This document shows, piece after piece, positions 27,115 through 36,700 of a stretch of 64,000 nucleotides of DNA. The position numbers were made by a program, and so were the translations under genes. Position 1 is the first letter of the stretch. Every line of letters begins with the position of its first letter. This DNA is from Bacteroidia bacterium (GTDB taxonomy: Bacteria; Bacteroidota; Bacteroidia; NS11-12g; UBA9320). Location of the stretch: positions 1,760 to 65,759 of the forward strand of contig JAFMCI010000005.1 in assembly GCA_017857855.1 (NCBI GenBank), read 5' to 3'. A model generated the notes under the pieces. The model saw only the letters and a program-made list of their open reading frames with translations. It was not told the DNA's origin and did no database searches.

Positions 27115-28962
27115 TTATATACTCTTTACAAAATCTAGAAATACCTGCTTGTGAAGATCTAAATCCATATGAGCAGATAATGCGACACGGGCTATGTAGT
27201 CTTTGTCTCCTTCTTTGGTAGTTCCTTGGGTAGACGTGGCCGGAATCGTCCAGTAGCAGCCTTTTAGCTGGCCGTAGCTTACGCAGTATTTACTTTCATT
27301 GGGAATTTCTGTGATCATTAAATTGATTAAGCGGTGATTTAGCGCACGTTTATGGGATTCTCTCTCTTCATACGTGGTTCCCTTTGTAGGTAAATCTAAG
27401 GAAAATACAGACGGCATAAATCCTTGGCTAGCTAATTCTTCAGAAACAAAGTTGATTTTAGCTTCTGGCAAAACTTCATTTATAAAATTAACAAATTCAC
27501 GTGTGTTGGCATACGCATCTACTATACGCTGATTCATGGAAGGTAATTGCTGCGCTAGGTATTCATATTGCAAATAAGTTGCTTCGTTATCACAAAGTGC
27601 GAGATGTATTTCTATTTTAGGCATTAAAGCCGCAGCCATTTGGTTTCCAACACAATAACCAGCCGTGCATTTGCCACCACTCGGAAATTTAGATCCGCTG
27701 GCATACGATATAGCGCTAACGGTGGATAGTATTTTCCCTTCCCCTAAAAAGTGAACATTAGGACAAAATGTTTGGTCTAAAATAAACACTGGAGCAATAG
27801 CAACCTTGCCAGACGCCGTTTTTCGCTCTCTGGCTAGTGTCTCTTTCAGTTGGATTAAATCAGGCACTTCGACTCTAGGATTGGTAGGAATCTCCGCAAT
27901 AATGTATGGGATAGCGTCTTCTAAAGCTAGTTGTTTTAAAATCCGGTCAATACTTTGTACCATATCATGATCGCCGTCTACAGGTAAATCAACTATTTGA
28001 ACATTGTCAAGACAAGCAGCCAGACGTCTTGCTTGATCATTGGTTCCTCCATAACAATTAGGTGGTACAATAAATTTAATTGCCTTTTCTGGATGGTGTT
28101 CAACGGCATCGTGAACAAGCCCCATCATTATGGCATATTGAATTGAAAGGCCACTAGAAGCCACTAATGCCGTCGTAGGTGAACCTGTAATGCTAGCAAT
28201 AGATTCTAAAACCGATAACTTATTGATCTGCAGTTGTTCCAAACTCAACTCCGCGGTTCCGTTACCTAAAAACATATTCAAAGCTGCAAGACAATTTACA
28301 GGCGTCATCGCAATGGTCTCTCTGCGTCTTACGTGCTGAATTTCTGAAACATAGTTCTTATTATGCTCACCATTAACTAAAATGACACTGCCTAGCTGTT
28401 GTTTCGTATGTATATAGAAATCAGCCATAGTCGATAAATCAAAATGACTTATGTTCTCGGTTTCTGAAATAAAAACAGTGCTGCCTTCAAAATTAGGAAT
28501 AACTGAAGAAGCATTATCTATTTGCTTTAGTTCAAAATTATAGCCATAAATACTGCGGATTAAATTAAAATCTAAATACTTAGGCAAATCACCTCGGTAA
28601 AGTATCTGAGTGCTCTTATGATCCAATAGGTTTTTTCGTAAGATGGCTAAAAGAGGGGCCGACTTGGAAGAAAAGCTAATCACACTTTCGGAGGATACTT
28701 TGTTCAAATCTGCAATAACCCATTCTAGAATACAAGATAATGGATGACCTAGACGAATGTAATCATAAGCCGTAGGCAGTTTACTTAATGCTGAAGTATC
28801 TGCGTTATTGTTTTCATACAAGTCTTTAAATAAATCAATAAATTGAGTTTTGGCATATTTTTCATCATAAATATCCAGTCTGTGCGTGGTTAGATTTAAC
28901 CAATCTAAAGGCATGTTTTGTACTACTGATTTTATATATGTAAGCATTTTAGGGTTAACCAT
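27115..28962 (-). CDS. Divergent Cys/Met-metabolism-type PLP-dependent protein with a degenerate N-terminal duplicate domain
   Basis: The C-terminal half has SSGLSIQYAI, EIPTNPRVEVPDL, LDQTFCPN and SGSKFPSGGK (candidate PLP Lys). The N-terminal ~230 aa repeat the pattern (YDYIRLGHPLS..LEWVIADL..SFSSKSAPLLAIL) without a Lys motif. Start candidates are 28962 and 28947 (ATG) or 28989 (TTG). Confidence 0.45.
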   Translation of the reverse strand: MVNPKMLTYIKSVVQNMPLDWLNLTTHRLDIYDEKYAKTQFIDLFKDLYENNNADTSALSKLPTAYDYIRLGHPLSCILEWVIADLNKVSSESVISFSSKSAPLLAILRKNLLDHKSTQILYRGDLPKYLDFNLIRSIYGYNFELKQIDNASSVIPNFEGSTVFISETENISHFDLSTMADFYIHTKQQLGSVILVNGEHNKNYVSEIQHVRRRETIAMTPVNCLAALNMFLGNGTAELSLEQLQINKLSVLESIASITGSPTTALVASSGLSIQYAIMMGLVHDAVEHHPEKAIKFIVPPNCYGGTNDQARRLAACLDNVQIVDLPVDGDHDMVQSIDRILKQLALEDAIPYIIAEIPTNPRVEVPDLIQLKETLARERKTASGKVAIAPVFILDQTFCPNVHFLGEGKILSTVSAISYASGSKFPSGGKCTAGYCVGNQMAAALMPKIEIHLALCDNEATYLQYEYLAQQLPSMNQRIVDAYANTREFVNFINEVLPEAKINFVSEELASQGFMPSVFSLDLPTKGTTYEERESHKRALNHRLINLMITEIPNESKYCVSYGQLKGCYWTIPATSTQGTTKEGDKDYIARVALSAHMDLDLHKQVFLDFVKSI

Positions 28963-29125
28963 TCTAGTTTCGGTGTAAGAGGTCGGCAACTTACATCAAT
29001 TCCATTTATTTTGAAAGAAGCGAGTAAAAACAATCCTTTATCAGGACCTATTGAAATTTGACCTAGATAAAATTTGATTAGAAAAATAAAACCTTAACAT
29101 TTGAGGCGCACAACTTATTACCTCA

Positions 29126-29869
29126 TTGACTTCTACCCAACATACGCTCGATAAAATACTTCAAGACCTAAATCACCAAGATTTTATCGAGCATGACCCG
29201 ATTTCCATTCCCAAACGATTTAAGAGCAAAGAAGATATTGAAATTTCTGCATTTTTTGCAGCAACATTGGCTTGGGGACAAAGAAAAACCATCATTAACA
29301 ACACGAATAAAATCATGCAGTGGATGGGAGAGGAGCCTTATCGTTTTATAGTACAACATTCTGCTAATGACCTCAAGATTTTTGAAAAGTTTGTGCACCG
29401 TACCTTTAATGCTACGGATGTATTATACTTTATTGAAGTTTTAAAACGATGGTATGAAAAAGGACAATCATTAGAAGATTATTTTGTAGGTAATACGATG
29501 AAAGATAGAATTGCTCATTTTCATCTAGCCTTTTTTGATAATGACTTTGTCTCTGAGCGTACCAAAAAACATATTGCTAATCCAGCTAAAAATTCTTCAG
29601 CTAAACGACTCAATATGTATTTGAGATGGATGGTGAGAGACAATGATATCGACTTTGGTTTATGGAAATCAATACATACCTCAGAACTAAAATGCCCGCT
29701 GGATGTGCATGTACAAAGAGCCGCATTTCATTTTAATTTACTTACCAGAACCCAACAAGATTGGAAAGCAGTAGAAGAGTTGTCTGATAATCTTTTGTTA
29801 TTGGATCCAGTTGATCCCATTAAGTATGATCTCGCTCTTTTTAAATGGAGTGAGCGTAAAATGGATTAA
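29126..29869 (+). CDS. TIGR02757/DUF2400 family protein (function unknown)
   Basis: DFIEHDPISIPKRFKSKEDIEISAFFAATLAWGQRK matches my memory of this family. The only start available is TTG at 29126. Confidence 0.6.
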   Translation: MTSTQHTLDKILQDLNHQDFIEHDPISIPKRFKSKEDIEISAFFAATLAWGQRKTIINNTNKIMQWMGEEPYRFIVQHSANDLKIFEKFVHRTFNATDVLYFIEVLKRWYEKGQSLEDYFVGNTMKDRIAHFHLAFFDNDFVSERTKKHIANPAKNSSAKRLNMYLRWMVRDNDIDFGLWKSIHTSELKCPLDVHVQRAAFHFNLLTRTQQDWKAVEELSDNLLLLDPVDPIKYDLALFKWSERKMD

Positions 29870-30432
29870 GTAATCTTTAACTTGTACTTATCTAAAAGCC
29901 CCGCTAAGCTTAAAACTGAAAATTTTGCACCCGTCATGGTATTGAGAGATGGGTCAAGATTATAGTTAATTGCCGTACGAAAATCAGCATTGGTAAGATT
30001 GGTGCGTTCAAATGTTGCTGCATATAAATCGCTCTTATCAAAACTAGCATTGCTAAGGTCGGTTTCTACAAAATCTACATCCTTCAGCGAACATTTTAAA
30101 AAACAGGTTTTATTAAGTTTTAGCTGATAGAACGAACTGTAATCCAAGATGCAATTGGTGAAATTAAGTTCCAATAAAAATCGATTAGCATCGGTAAATT
30201 GAATACCCATAAGCTTACAATCGTTAAAAATTGCTTTTTTAAAAGCGGTATGTTTGATTTTAACATTGGTCAAGTTACATCCTGAGAATGAACAATCAGA
30301 GAAAGCAACTTCAGCAAGATTTAGCTCGGCAAAATCACAATTTATAAATGTACACTCCTCATAATCATTGCACAAGGTTTCTGCCGTTATAATACTGTTT
30401 TCTATGGTTACTTGATAAGCGGATTTATCCAT
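29866..30432 (-). CDS. Pentapeptide repeat protein
   Basis: Continuous A(D/N)LXX-type pentads (CDFAELNLAEVAFSDCSFSGCNLTNV...). 188 aa. Confidence 0.85.
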   Translation of the reverse strand: MDKSAYQVTIENSIITAETLCNDYEECTFINCDFAELNLAEVAFSDCSFSGCNLTNVKIKHTAFKKAIFNDCKLMGIQFTDANRFLLELNFTNCILDYSSFYQLKLNKTCFLKCSLKDVDFVETDLSNASFDKSDLYAATFERTNLTNADFRTAINYNLDPSLNTMTGAKFSVLSLAGLLDKYKLKIT

Positions 30433-30536
30433 GATTATATTTTGTTTTAAATAAGCTTAAGGGATAACTATTTGGGTGCACCAATTACTGCTATTTGACA
30501 AATATCGTGCACCAAAAAGACTTGTTACATTGGCCA

Positions 30537-31607
30537 CTACTTGAGAAGTACACCGCTGTCCCACTGCTCTTTCTTCCACTTTTTACCGTTATGTTTCCAG
30601 TAATTCCATGTGCCGTGCTTCATATCATCTTTAAACTCGCCTTCACACTTTCCATATAGATTGGTTGCTCCAACTTTCCAAGGACCGTTGCGCTTACCTT
30701 TGATATAACTTCCTTCATCTACGCCGCCTTCATTGTATCGATGTTCTACCCAAGGGCCTGTTTTAAAGCCATCTTCGTAATCTCCGTAGGTATCTAAACC
30801 TTCTTCTTTGTAAGATTTATAAGCACCGTTTAGAAGGCCGTTTTTAAAGGTCTTTATTTCAATAGGGTTACCACTCATCGTGTAAATAACAGACTCACCT
30901 TCTAACTTACCCGCTTGATACGTTTCCTTGAGCATTAAAGAACCTTCTAGCGAATAAACGAGTCTCTCACCAGTGGCAAAACCATCTACATATTCACTTG
31001 TTTCTGCTATTTTTTCACTGATGTGATAAAGTGTGGTTATTCCATGTCTAACACCATTGGCATAATTGATCTCTTTGCGTTTAGCTCCCTCTCTGTCATA
31101 TGAAGTAACTAAACCATCAGGTAATCCATTTTTAAAATTACCTACCTGCTCTTCATTTCCATTGTCATGATAGGTCACAAATGGACCTTCTTCTTTTCCG
31201 TTTACAAACATTGCTTTTTTGAGTGGTTCGCCATTTGCTCTGAAAGCTCTGTAGGATCCATTCAAAACACCTTCTTGGTACATGCAATCTACTTCAGGTA
31301 AACCATTTCTATAAAAAGTTCTAAAAACACCATGTCTCACACCTTTTTTGTAACCTATTTCTTGGTCTTGTTTACCATCTTCATACCAGCTACTAAATAA
31401 ACCATCAATCTCTCCATTAGTCCATGTAATGCGTTGCATTGGCTTATTATTACTAGGCCATAACATTAAAGATTCTCCTGTATAAGCATTACCTTCATAA
31501 TAATAATTGCCATCTTCTTGTTTTACGAGTTTGGAGAAGGCTATTTTGGTTTGCGCAAAGGTTATTATTCCTAGCATCAGCATTACGGCAAGCGTTGTTT
31601 TTCTCAT
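30537..31607 (-). CDS. MORN-variant / YwqK-type repeat protein, secreted
   Basis: Signal peptide followed by more than 10 repeats of the G.W..Y..NG....E..Y.NG..HG type. Confidence 0.7.
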   Translation of the reverse strand: MRKTTLAVMLMLGIITFAQTKIAFSKLVKQEDGNYYYEGNAYTGESLMLWPSNNKPMQRITWTNGEIDGLFSSWYEDGKQDQEIGYKKGVRHGVFRTFYRNGLPEVDCMYQEGVLNGSYRAFRANGEPLKKAMFVNGKEEGPFVTYHDNGNEEQVGNFKNGLPDGLVTSYDREGAKRKEINYANGVRHGITTLYHISEKIAETSEYVDGFATGERLVYSLEGSLMLKETYQAGKLEGESVIYTMSGNPIEIKTFKNGLLNGAYKSYKEEGLDTYGDYEDGFKTGPWVEHRYNEGGVDEGSYIKGKRNGPWKVGATNLYGKCEGEFKDDMKHGTWNYWKHNGKKWKKEQWDSGVLLK

Positions 31608-31626
31608 TTATTGTATCAGATTTTGG

Positions 31627-31634
31627 GCAAAGTT
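31627..31634 (-). promoter_or_regulatory. Candidate Bacteroidota -7 box (TAACTTTG on minus strand)
   Basis: Exact TAnnTTTG match 20 nt upstream of the ATG at 31607. Confidence 0.4.
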
Positions 31635-31645
31635 ATATATTGTAA

Positions 31646-32626
31646 TCAATCTACTGCTTGGCAGTTTTTCACTATTTGTTCGGCATTCTGTTTTAGCATA
31701 CACTCAAAATGACCACGCGGACAACTATCGCTGCCTAACTTGCTACAAGGGTTGCATTTTAAGTCCACGTTATAGTTGAAGATTTCCTCTTTATTCGTCC
31801 TATAGGCGTACATACCAAAGGATGGATGTGTATTTCCCCAAAGGCAATGTATAGGCGTTTCAAAAGCGGAAGCGATGTGCATAAGCCCTGTATCTCCGGT
31901 AATCAAATCAGATGCATTTTTGATGATATAGGCAGATTCATCTAATGTCAATTTATTGCACAAGTTAATTACAGAATTATGTGGCAGCTTATCAATAATT
32001 TCTTTCGCTTTTGCTTCGTCAGCTGAGCCTCCACCCAAGATTACAACGCAACCGTTTAAACGTTTAATAATATCTAAAATAACATTAACGGGTATCTGCT
32101 TGGTAAAGTAGGTTCCGCCTATAGCGAGTGCGACATAGGTTTTAGGCTTTAGGTTAAAATCAGATAATTGCAGGGAGAGCTTATCCGGAAAGAAGTAATC
32201 TATTCCTTTTTGATCATCCACTACTTCAAGCGATTTTAACGCGTCAAAATAACGATCTATGATGTGGATTTGTGGTAGTATGTTCCATTTAAATTGCACA
32301 AACAACCATTTTTGAATATTTAGTTTGTCAAATGAAATCCACTTTGCTTTAAGCACTTTTTTAAGTTTACGGGTACGTAAGTTTTTGTGTAAATCGATAA
32401 CTAAGTCATAGTTTTCTAACGTTAACTCGTTTGCCAAATCTTTAGTGTCATTATTCCAATATTTTACTTGATCTATATAGGGATTATGAACGACCAAACC
32501 AGAGAATGTATCTTTAGTCAAAAAATGCACCTCTGCATCTATTAGTTGTTGCTTAACGCAGCGTATAACCGGTGTGGTTAATACAATATCACCAATAGAA
32601 CTTAGTCTTATAATCAGTACCTTCAT
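31646..32626 (-). CDS. Glycosyltransferase family 9 (heptosyltransferase-like)
   Basis: MKVLIIRLSSIGDIVLTTPVIRCVK and GDTGLMHIASA are GT9 hallmarks. Confidence 0.8.
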   Translation of the reverse strand: MKVLIIRLSSIGDIVLTTPVIRCVKQQLIDAEVHFLTKDTFSGLVVHNPYIDQVKYWNNDTKDLANELTLENYDLVIDLHKNLRTRKLKKVLKAKWISFDKLNIQKWLFVQFKWNILPQIHIIDRYFDALKSLEVVDDQKGIDYFFPDKLSLQLSDFNLKPKTYVALAIGGTYFTKQIPVNVILDIIKRLNGCVVILGGGSADEAKAKEIIDKLPHNSVINLCNKLTLDESAYIIKNASDLITGDTGLMHIASAFETPIHCLWGNTHPSFGMYAYRTNKEEIFNYNVDLKCNPCSKLGSDSCPRGHFECMLKQNAEQIVKNCQAVD

Positions 32627-33042
32627 TGTTTTGGGGCGTACAAAACCTCTTCATGTATAAAAGCATCTTCCATTATATAAGCAGCAGAAACTCCATTTTC
32701 TATCATGGCAATAATGATATTGACATTGTTTCCTTCAGCATCTTGACCCGCCATGATATATTTGATTATTCCATACGAATTGGCTAGCCGTTTGGGCATC
32801 CTACTTACATCAAAATCACCATCTCCAAAAAATCGGCTATAAAAAATTAGATTGTAGCACGTGTCCATATCTATCCTTTCTTTTTCAAAACGTGTCTTTT
32901 TATAATAATCGATATAAATATAATTATCTGCTTCGATAGGCGCAAAGTATAAGGTGTCGTCTAGTTGCAATTGAACTTCTTCTTGGGCAAATCCTTGCGA
33001 AATACAAGCGAGTATTAATATTAAAAATAGTGTTTTTCTCAT
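32623..33042 (-). CDS. Hypothetical secreted protein
   Basis: Signal peptide (ACISQGFAQ). 139 aa, translationally coupled (ATGA) to the GT9 gene. No family recognised. Confidence 0.5.
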   Translation of the reverse strand: MRKTLFLILILACISQGFAQEEVQLQLDDTLYFAPIEADNYIYIDYYKKTRFEKERIDMDTCYNLIFYSRFFGDGDFDVSRMPKRLANSYGIIKYIMAGQDAEGNNVNIIIAMIENGVSAAYIMEDAFIHEEVLYAPKQ

Positions 33043-33046
33043 GATG

Positions 33047-34426
33047 TTACAGTGTTTTGACCACTAGGTACTGATTTTCGATGCGTTTTACTATAATAAT
33101 TTTACCGCTATCTACAAACTCACCATCCGTCTTTGCTTCAAAAGTAACACCATTTAATTTCACTCTTCCCATAGGCCTAAGAGCAGTATGTGCAGTGCCT
33201 TCCTGACCTAAGAGTGTGTTTAAGTCAATATTGCTATGTTGAATTCCAGGGGCTTTAGCAATGGTACTAATAAGTACAGCCTTTTGAAATAAACTAGATT
33301 TTATAAATCTTGAACCAAAAAAATAGAGCAATACTCCAAAGCCAACTAGTGAAAATAATACCGTTGCGATAGCATTGTTTATCTCAGTAGGTGAGACATC
33401 ACCAAAATCTAAGTTTACGTTGCGTATCATACTTAATGTAAGTCCAGAAACTAGAAAGATTACGCCACTTATGCCCGCAACCCCAAAACCCGGTATGACG
33501 AAAATTTCTAGAGCTAATAATACCAACCCCGAAATAAAAACCAAAATTTCCCAGTTTTCAGCAAATCCATCGAGATATAACGGAGCAAAAAAAGCAATTG
33601 CCGCAGCTATAGATACTACAATAGGAACGCCTAATCCAGGTGCTTGTAACTCCAGCACGATACCGCCGATAATAAGCAATATCAAAATCATTCTAAGCCA
33701 AGGGAAAGAGAGTATCTCTAATACTTTGTCCAATGCAGTGGGTTTTACTGTTATTACTTCGGCATTCTCTAATCCTTTTAAGGTTAGTATTTCAGAAATA
33801 GAAGCTACAATTCCTTCACAATAGCCCCATTTTAAGGCTTCTTCCGTGGAGAGCGTAATTACTTTGGTGGAATCTACTAACCCTGGCACAATCATGCGCT
33901 CATCCACCATTCCTTCTGCAATATCTGGATTTCGTTTGTAAATAAAGGTAGAGTCGTTGTCACTTACTTTGAGTATTTTACCCTTGCTTTCTGCAGTGCT
34001 ACGTATTTGTTTACGCATATAGCTCTGGTATTTATCTGGCGCCTTTTCTCCTGTTTCTATCACCACGGTAGATGCGCCAATACTGGCACCTTTTCGCATA
34101 TAAATGGCATCACACGCGATGGAAATAAGCGCTCCAGCGCTGGCTGCGTTATTATCTATAAATACGCAAGTAGGTATCTTAGTATTTAGTAAACGAGATC
34201 TTACCGAGTCTGCATCAGTCACATAACCACCATAGGTATTCATATGAACGATTATTAAATCGGCATTTAGTTTTTCGGCTTCGGATACCGCTTGGCTTGT
34301 GATACGTGTTGATGTACTGTTTATTTCACTCTTTAGCTCAAAAACAACAACCTTGGGCTTGTTCTGTTGTCCAAAGCTTAACAGCGCACTGCATAAGAAC
34401 ATGGCTAGACTTAAAATGTGTTTCAT
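33047..34426 (-). CDS. NfeD-family membrane-bound ClpP-class serine protease
   Basis: ClpP-like N-domain (IIVHMNTYGGYV, NNAASAGALISIACD), central TM segments, and a C-terminal NfeD OB domain. I place the start at ATG 34426; the track start at 34435 is a GTG. Confidence 0.75.
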   Translation of the reverse strand: MKHILSLAMFLCSALLSFGQQNKPKVVVFELKSEINSTSTRITSQAVSEAEKLNADLIIVHMNTYGGYVTDADSVRSRLLNTKIPTCVFIDNNAASAGALISIACDAIYMRKGASIGASTVVIETGEKAPDKYQSYMRKQIRSTAESKGKILKVSDNDSTFIYKRNPDIAEGMVDERMIVPGLVDSTKVITLSTEEALKWGYCEGIVASISEILTLKGLENAEVITVKPTALDKVLEILSFPWLRMILILLIIGGIVLELQAPGLGVPIVVSIAAAIAFFAPLYLDGFAENWEILVFISGLVLLALEIFVIPGFGVAGISGVIFLVSGLTLSMIRNVNLDFGDVSPTEINNAIATVLFSLVGFGVLLYFFGSRFIKSSLFQKAVLISTIAKAPGIQHSNIDLNTLLGQEGTAHTALRPMGRVKLNGVTFEAKTDGEFVDSGKIIIVKRIENQYLVVKTL

Positions 34427-34496
34427 TTTGACCACAATACTACAAATCCTTCCAACAAAGTGAATAACTAATTGTTTAATCCAGATTTATCGTTGA

Positions 34497-34504
34497 TAAA
34501 TTTG
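34497..34504 (+). promoter_or_regulatory. Candidate Bacteroidota -7 box (TAAATTTG)
   Basis: Exact TAnnTTTG match ending 8 nt before the ATG at 34513, with a TTG about 22 nt upstream. Confidence 0.4.
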
Positions 34505-34512
34505 CGTCCATA

Positions 34513-35433
34513 ATGACAAAATTATTCACCATCATCGTATTTCTGAGTTCCTTTAGTGCTTTAGCACACAAGTGCGATTCTATTGGAAGTAAAGTTAGAA
34601 ATGGTAAAACGTATATTCTTCATAAAGTAGAAAAAGGGGATGGCTTGTACAGCCTAAGCAAAAGATATAACGTTGCGTTAAAAAGTATAGTGGATCAAAA
34701 TCCAGGAGCTGATTCTGCTATTAAAATCGATCAAGTACTTTTAATTCCTATGTACGCCGAAGTACAATCCAAAGATAAAATTTCGAAAAACAATGTATCC
34801 ACTGAGATAAGCTCCAAGGGCGAGGTAGTAAAATCTGCTGGAACAAAAAGTCATAAGGTGGAACCAGGTCAAACACTCTATAATATTTCTAAAAAGTATG
34901 AAATGTCGGTTGAAAGTATCAAAAAATTAAACAACCTAACTTCTGACGAGCTATCTGAAGGACAAATTTTACTCGTAAATGCAAGCAAAGGTGATCATTT
35001 GGTAAATGATAAAAAGGATAAAGTAGCAAAGGACTATGACAAAATGAAGTCAGAACTAAGTGAAAACAAGTATGAAGATGTCGGGTTTAATACGGAAGTC
35101 ACTACAAAAAAACTCGAGAGTTCTTCTGGCTACACCATCAAAGTAGAAAAGCTAGTAGAGTATGATATAGAAAAAATAGAAGAAACCGGCATAGTTACTG
35201 TTGGAAGTGACGATTTACCCAATGATAAAAACTTTGCATTACATTTTAATGCCCCAATTGGAACGGTAGTTATGGTAACTAATCCATCGAATAAAAGTAC
35301 TGTATTTGTTAAGGTGATTGGTAACTTCACCAAGCCAGAAAACAGCTCCGAAATACTCAGAATTAGCGCCCTATCTTCTCAAAAAATATCCATCCGATCG
35401 AAAGACAAAGTAGCAGTAAGCTATGCTCGATAA
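34513..35433 (+). CDS. LysM-domain peptidoglycan-binding protein
   Basis: Two LysM repeats (HKVEKGDGLYSLSKRYNVALKSIVDQN, HKVEPGQTLYNISKKYEMSVESIKKLN). The C-terminal domain is possibly RlpA-like (GTVVMVTNPSNKSTVFVKVIG). Confidence 0.75.
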   Translation: MTKLFTIIVFLSSFSALAHKCDSIGSKVRNGKTYILHKVEKGDGLYSLSKRYNVALKSIVDQNPGADSAIKIDQVLLIPMYAEVQSKDKISKNNVSTEISSKGEVVKSAGTKSHKVEPGQTLYNISKKYEMSVESIKKLNNLTSDELSEGQILLVNASKGDHLVNDKKDKVAKDYDKMKSELSENKYEDVGFNTEVTTKKLESSSGYTIKVEKLVEYDIEKIEETGIVTVGSDDLPNDKNFALHFNAPIGTVVMVTNPSNKSTVFVKVIGNFTKPENSSEILRISALSSQKISIRSKDKVAVSYAR

Positions 35434-36661
35434 GTTAACTACTTACCGTGTTCCTGCTTTTGTTTTTATAATCATAAGTGCTCTTGGTTTTAGCAGCTTA
35501 TGGTATTCGCCTGCCATATTAAGTATCTCATCGTTCTTACTTATTCTTATTGCCATCTTATCGTACAAAGCAACTTTTTCAAGAGAGCTAAACAGCATCG
35601 CATACAGTTTGATTTTTATTTTCCTTCTGTATATACTCGATGTTTTCAGAAGTGTTGATGCTTCCATTGCGCTAGACAAACTATTACTACTTCTTGTTTT
35701 TATTGGGCTTCAGCTCGCCTGTTTTGCTGCATTTGGTAAACTTAAAACACAGCTAATTTTACTTTTTTTGATATTATCTACCATGGTTTTGGTAGTTGAC
35801 CTAGTCGCTGTCACCAATTACCTCATGCACAAAGAATATTACAACGCTTTACTATTACAAAGCAAGCATATACCCATCCCCAATATGCATCATATTCATT
35901 TTGGTATTTTGAACGCTTGGGTAGTTTTGGGTTTAGCAGGTTTGCTTTATTTAAAAAAATTACAAAACAATAAACATTATTTAGGTTTAGGGATGCTTTT
36001 GGTGATTGCTATCTGTTGCCACATATTGAGTTCTCGCACCGGTTTGATAGCGCTTTACAGTGGGTTTATAGTTGCATCACTGGTTCTGGTATATCAAAAA
36101 AAATCCTTAAAACCTTTATTTTTAGGTACTTTAAGCATTATCATTTTTGTGAGCGTTGCCTATGTTTCTAGCACCTCCTTTAGAAGTAAAACGGCAAATA
36201 GTCTAGAAGACTTTAGAAGTTGGGGAAACGGTAAGGAAATAAATTATAAGTCTATGGCGATGCGCTTTGAAGGATATAAAACATCCATATTTATGCTGCG
36301 AAAAAATCCGTTAGGAGTAGGAGCGGGGGCACAGGAAGCCAAAATACAAGAAGCATATACGTTGCGAAACTCTGTTCTTTTTATAGAAAACAGGGTAGGC
36401 CCACACAATCAATTTTTAGAGTATGGAGTAAAGTTTGGTTGGATTGGTATACTCGCTTTAATAGTATATTTTGCTGCTCTATTCAGAGTTTTACCATCTA
36501 CCACGTTTCCTTTTTGGGGTATAGTAGCCGTCCTATTTGTGTCACTCCAATTTGAATCTTTACTGGAGCGACAAGCCAGTATCTTCTTTATTTCACTATT
36601 ACTTCCACTTTCGTATTATCTTTTTGTGAAAGAAGAAATAAATGGTACTAAAGTGACTTGA
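35423..36661 (+). CDS. O-antigen ligase/polymerase-like (Wzy_C) membrane protein
   Basis: About 11 TM segments plus a large loop (SRTGLIALYSG...GVGAGAQ...PHNQFLEYG), as in the O-antigen ligase family. Confidence 0.6.
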   Translation: MLDKLTTYRVPAFVFIIISALGFSSLWYSPAILSISSFLLILIAILSYKATFSRELNSIAYSLIFIFLLYILDVFRSVDASIALDKLLLLLVFIGLQLACFAAFGKLKTQLILLFLILSTMVLVVDLVAVTNYLMHKEYYNALLLQSKHIPIPNMHHIHFGILNAWVVLGLAGLLYLKKLQNNKHYLGLGMLLVIAICCHILSSRTGLIALYSGFIVASLVLVYQKKSLKPLFLGTLSIIIFVSVAYVSSTSFRSKTANSLEDFRSWGNGKEINYKSMAMRFEGYKTSIFMLRKNPLGVGAGAQEAKIQEAYTLRNSVLFIENRVGPHNQFLEYGVKFGWIGILALIVYFAALFRVLPSTTFPFWGIVAVLFVSLQFESLLERQASIFFISLLLPLSYYLFVKEEINGTKVT

Positions 36662-36678
36662 ACCTTTTTAAATCCTGT

Positions 36679-36686
36679 TAATTTTG
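36679..36686 (+). promoter_or_regulatory. Candidate Bacteroidota -7 box (TAATTTTG)
   Basis: Exact TAnnTTTG match 14 nt upstream of the ATG at 36701. Confidence 0.4.
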
Positions 36687-36700
36687 AAACTTGGAACAAT

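Noticed and set aside
28963-28989. TTG-initiated N-terminal extensions offered by the ORF track. This one applies to the long PLP protein. Analogous cases are at 25955, 34435, 41234, 44459, 47504, 48357, 50326, 52903, 54981 and 63500.
   Set aside because: In each case an in-frame ATG slightly downstream gives a canonical signal peptide or family N-terminus. I used the ATG, and the start sites remain predictions.
33375-33824. 149-aa plus-strand ORF antisense to the NfeD gene.
   Set aside because: It is a shadow ORF opposite the TM region of NfeD, and its composition mirrors the antisense of hydrophobic codons.
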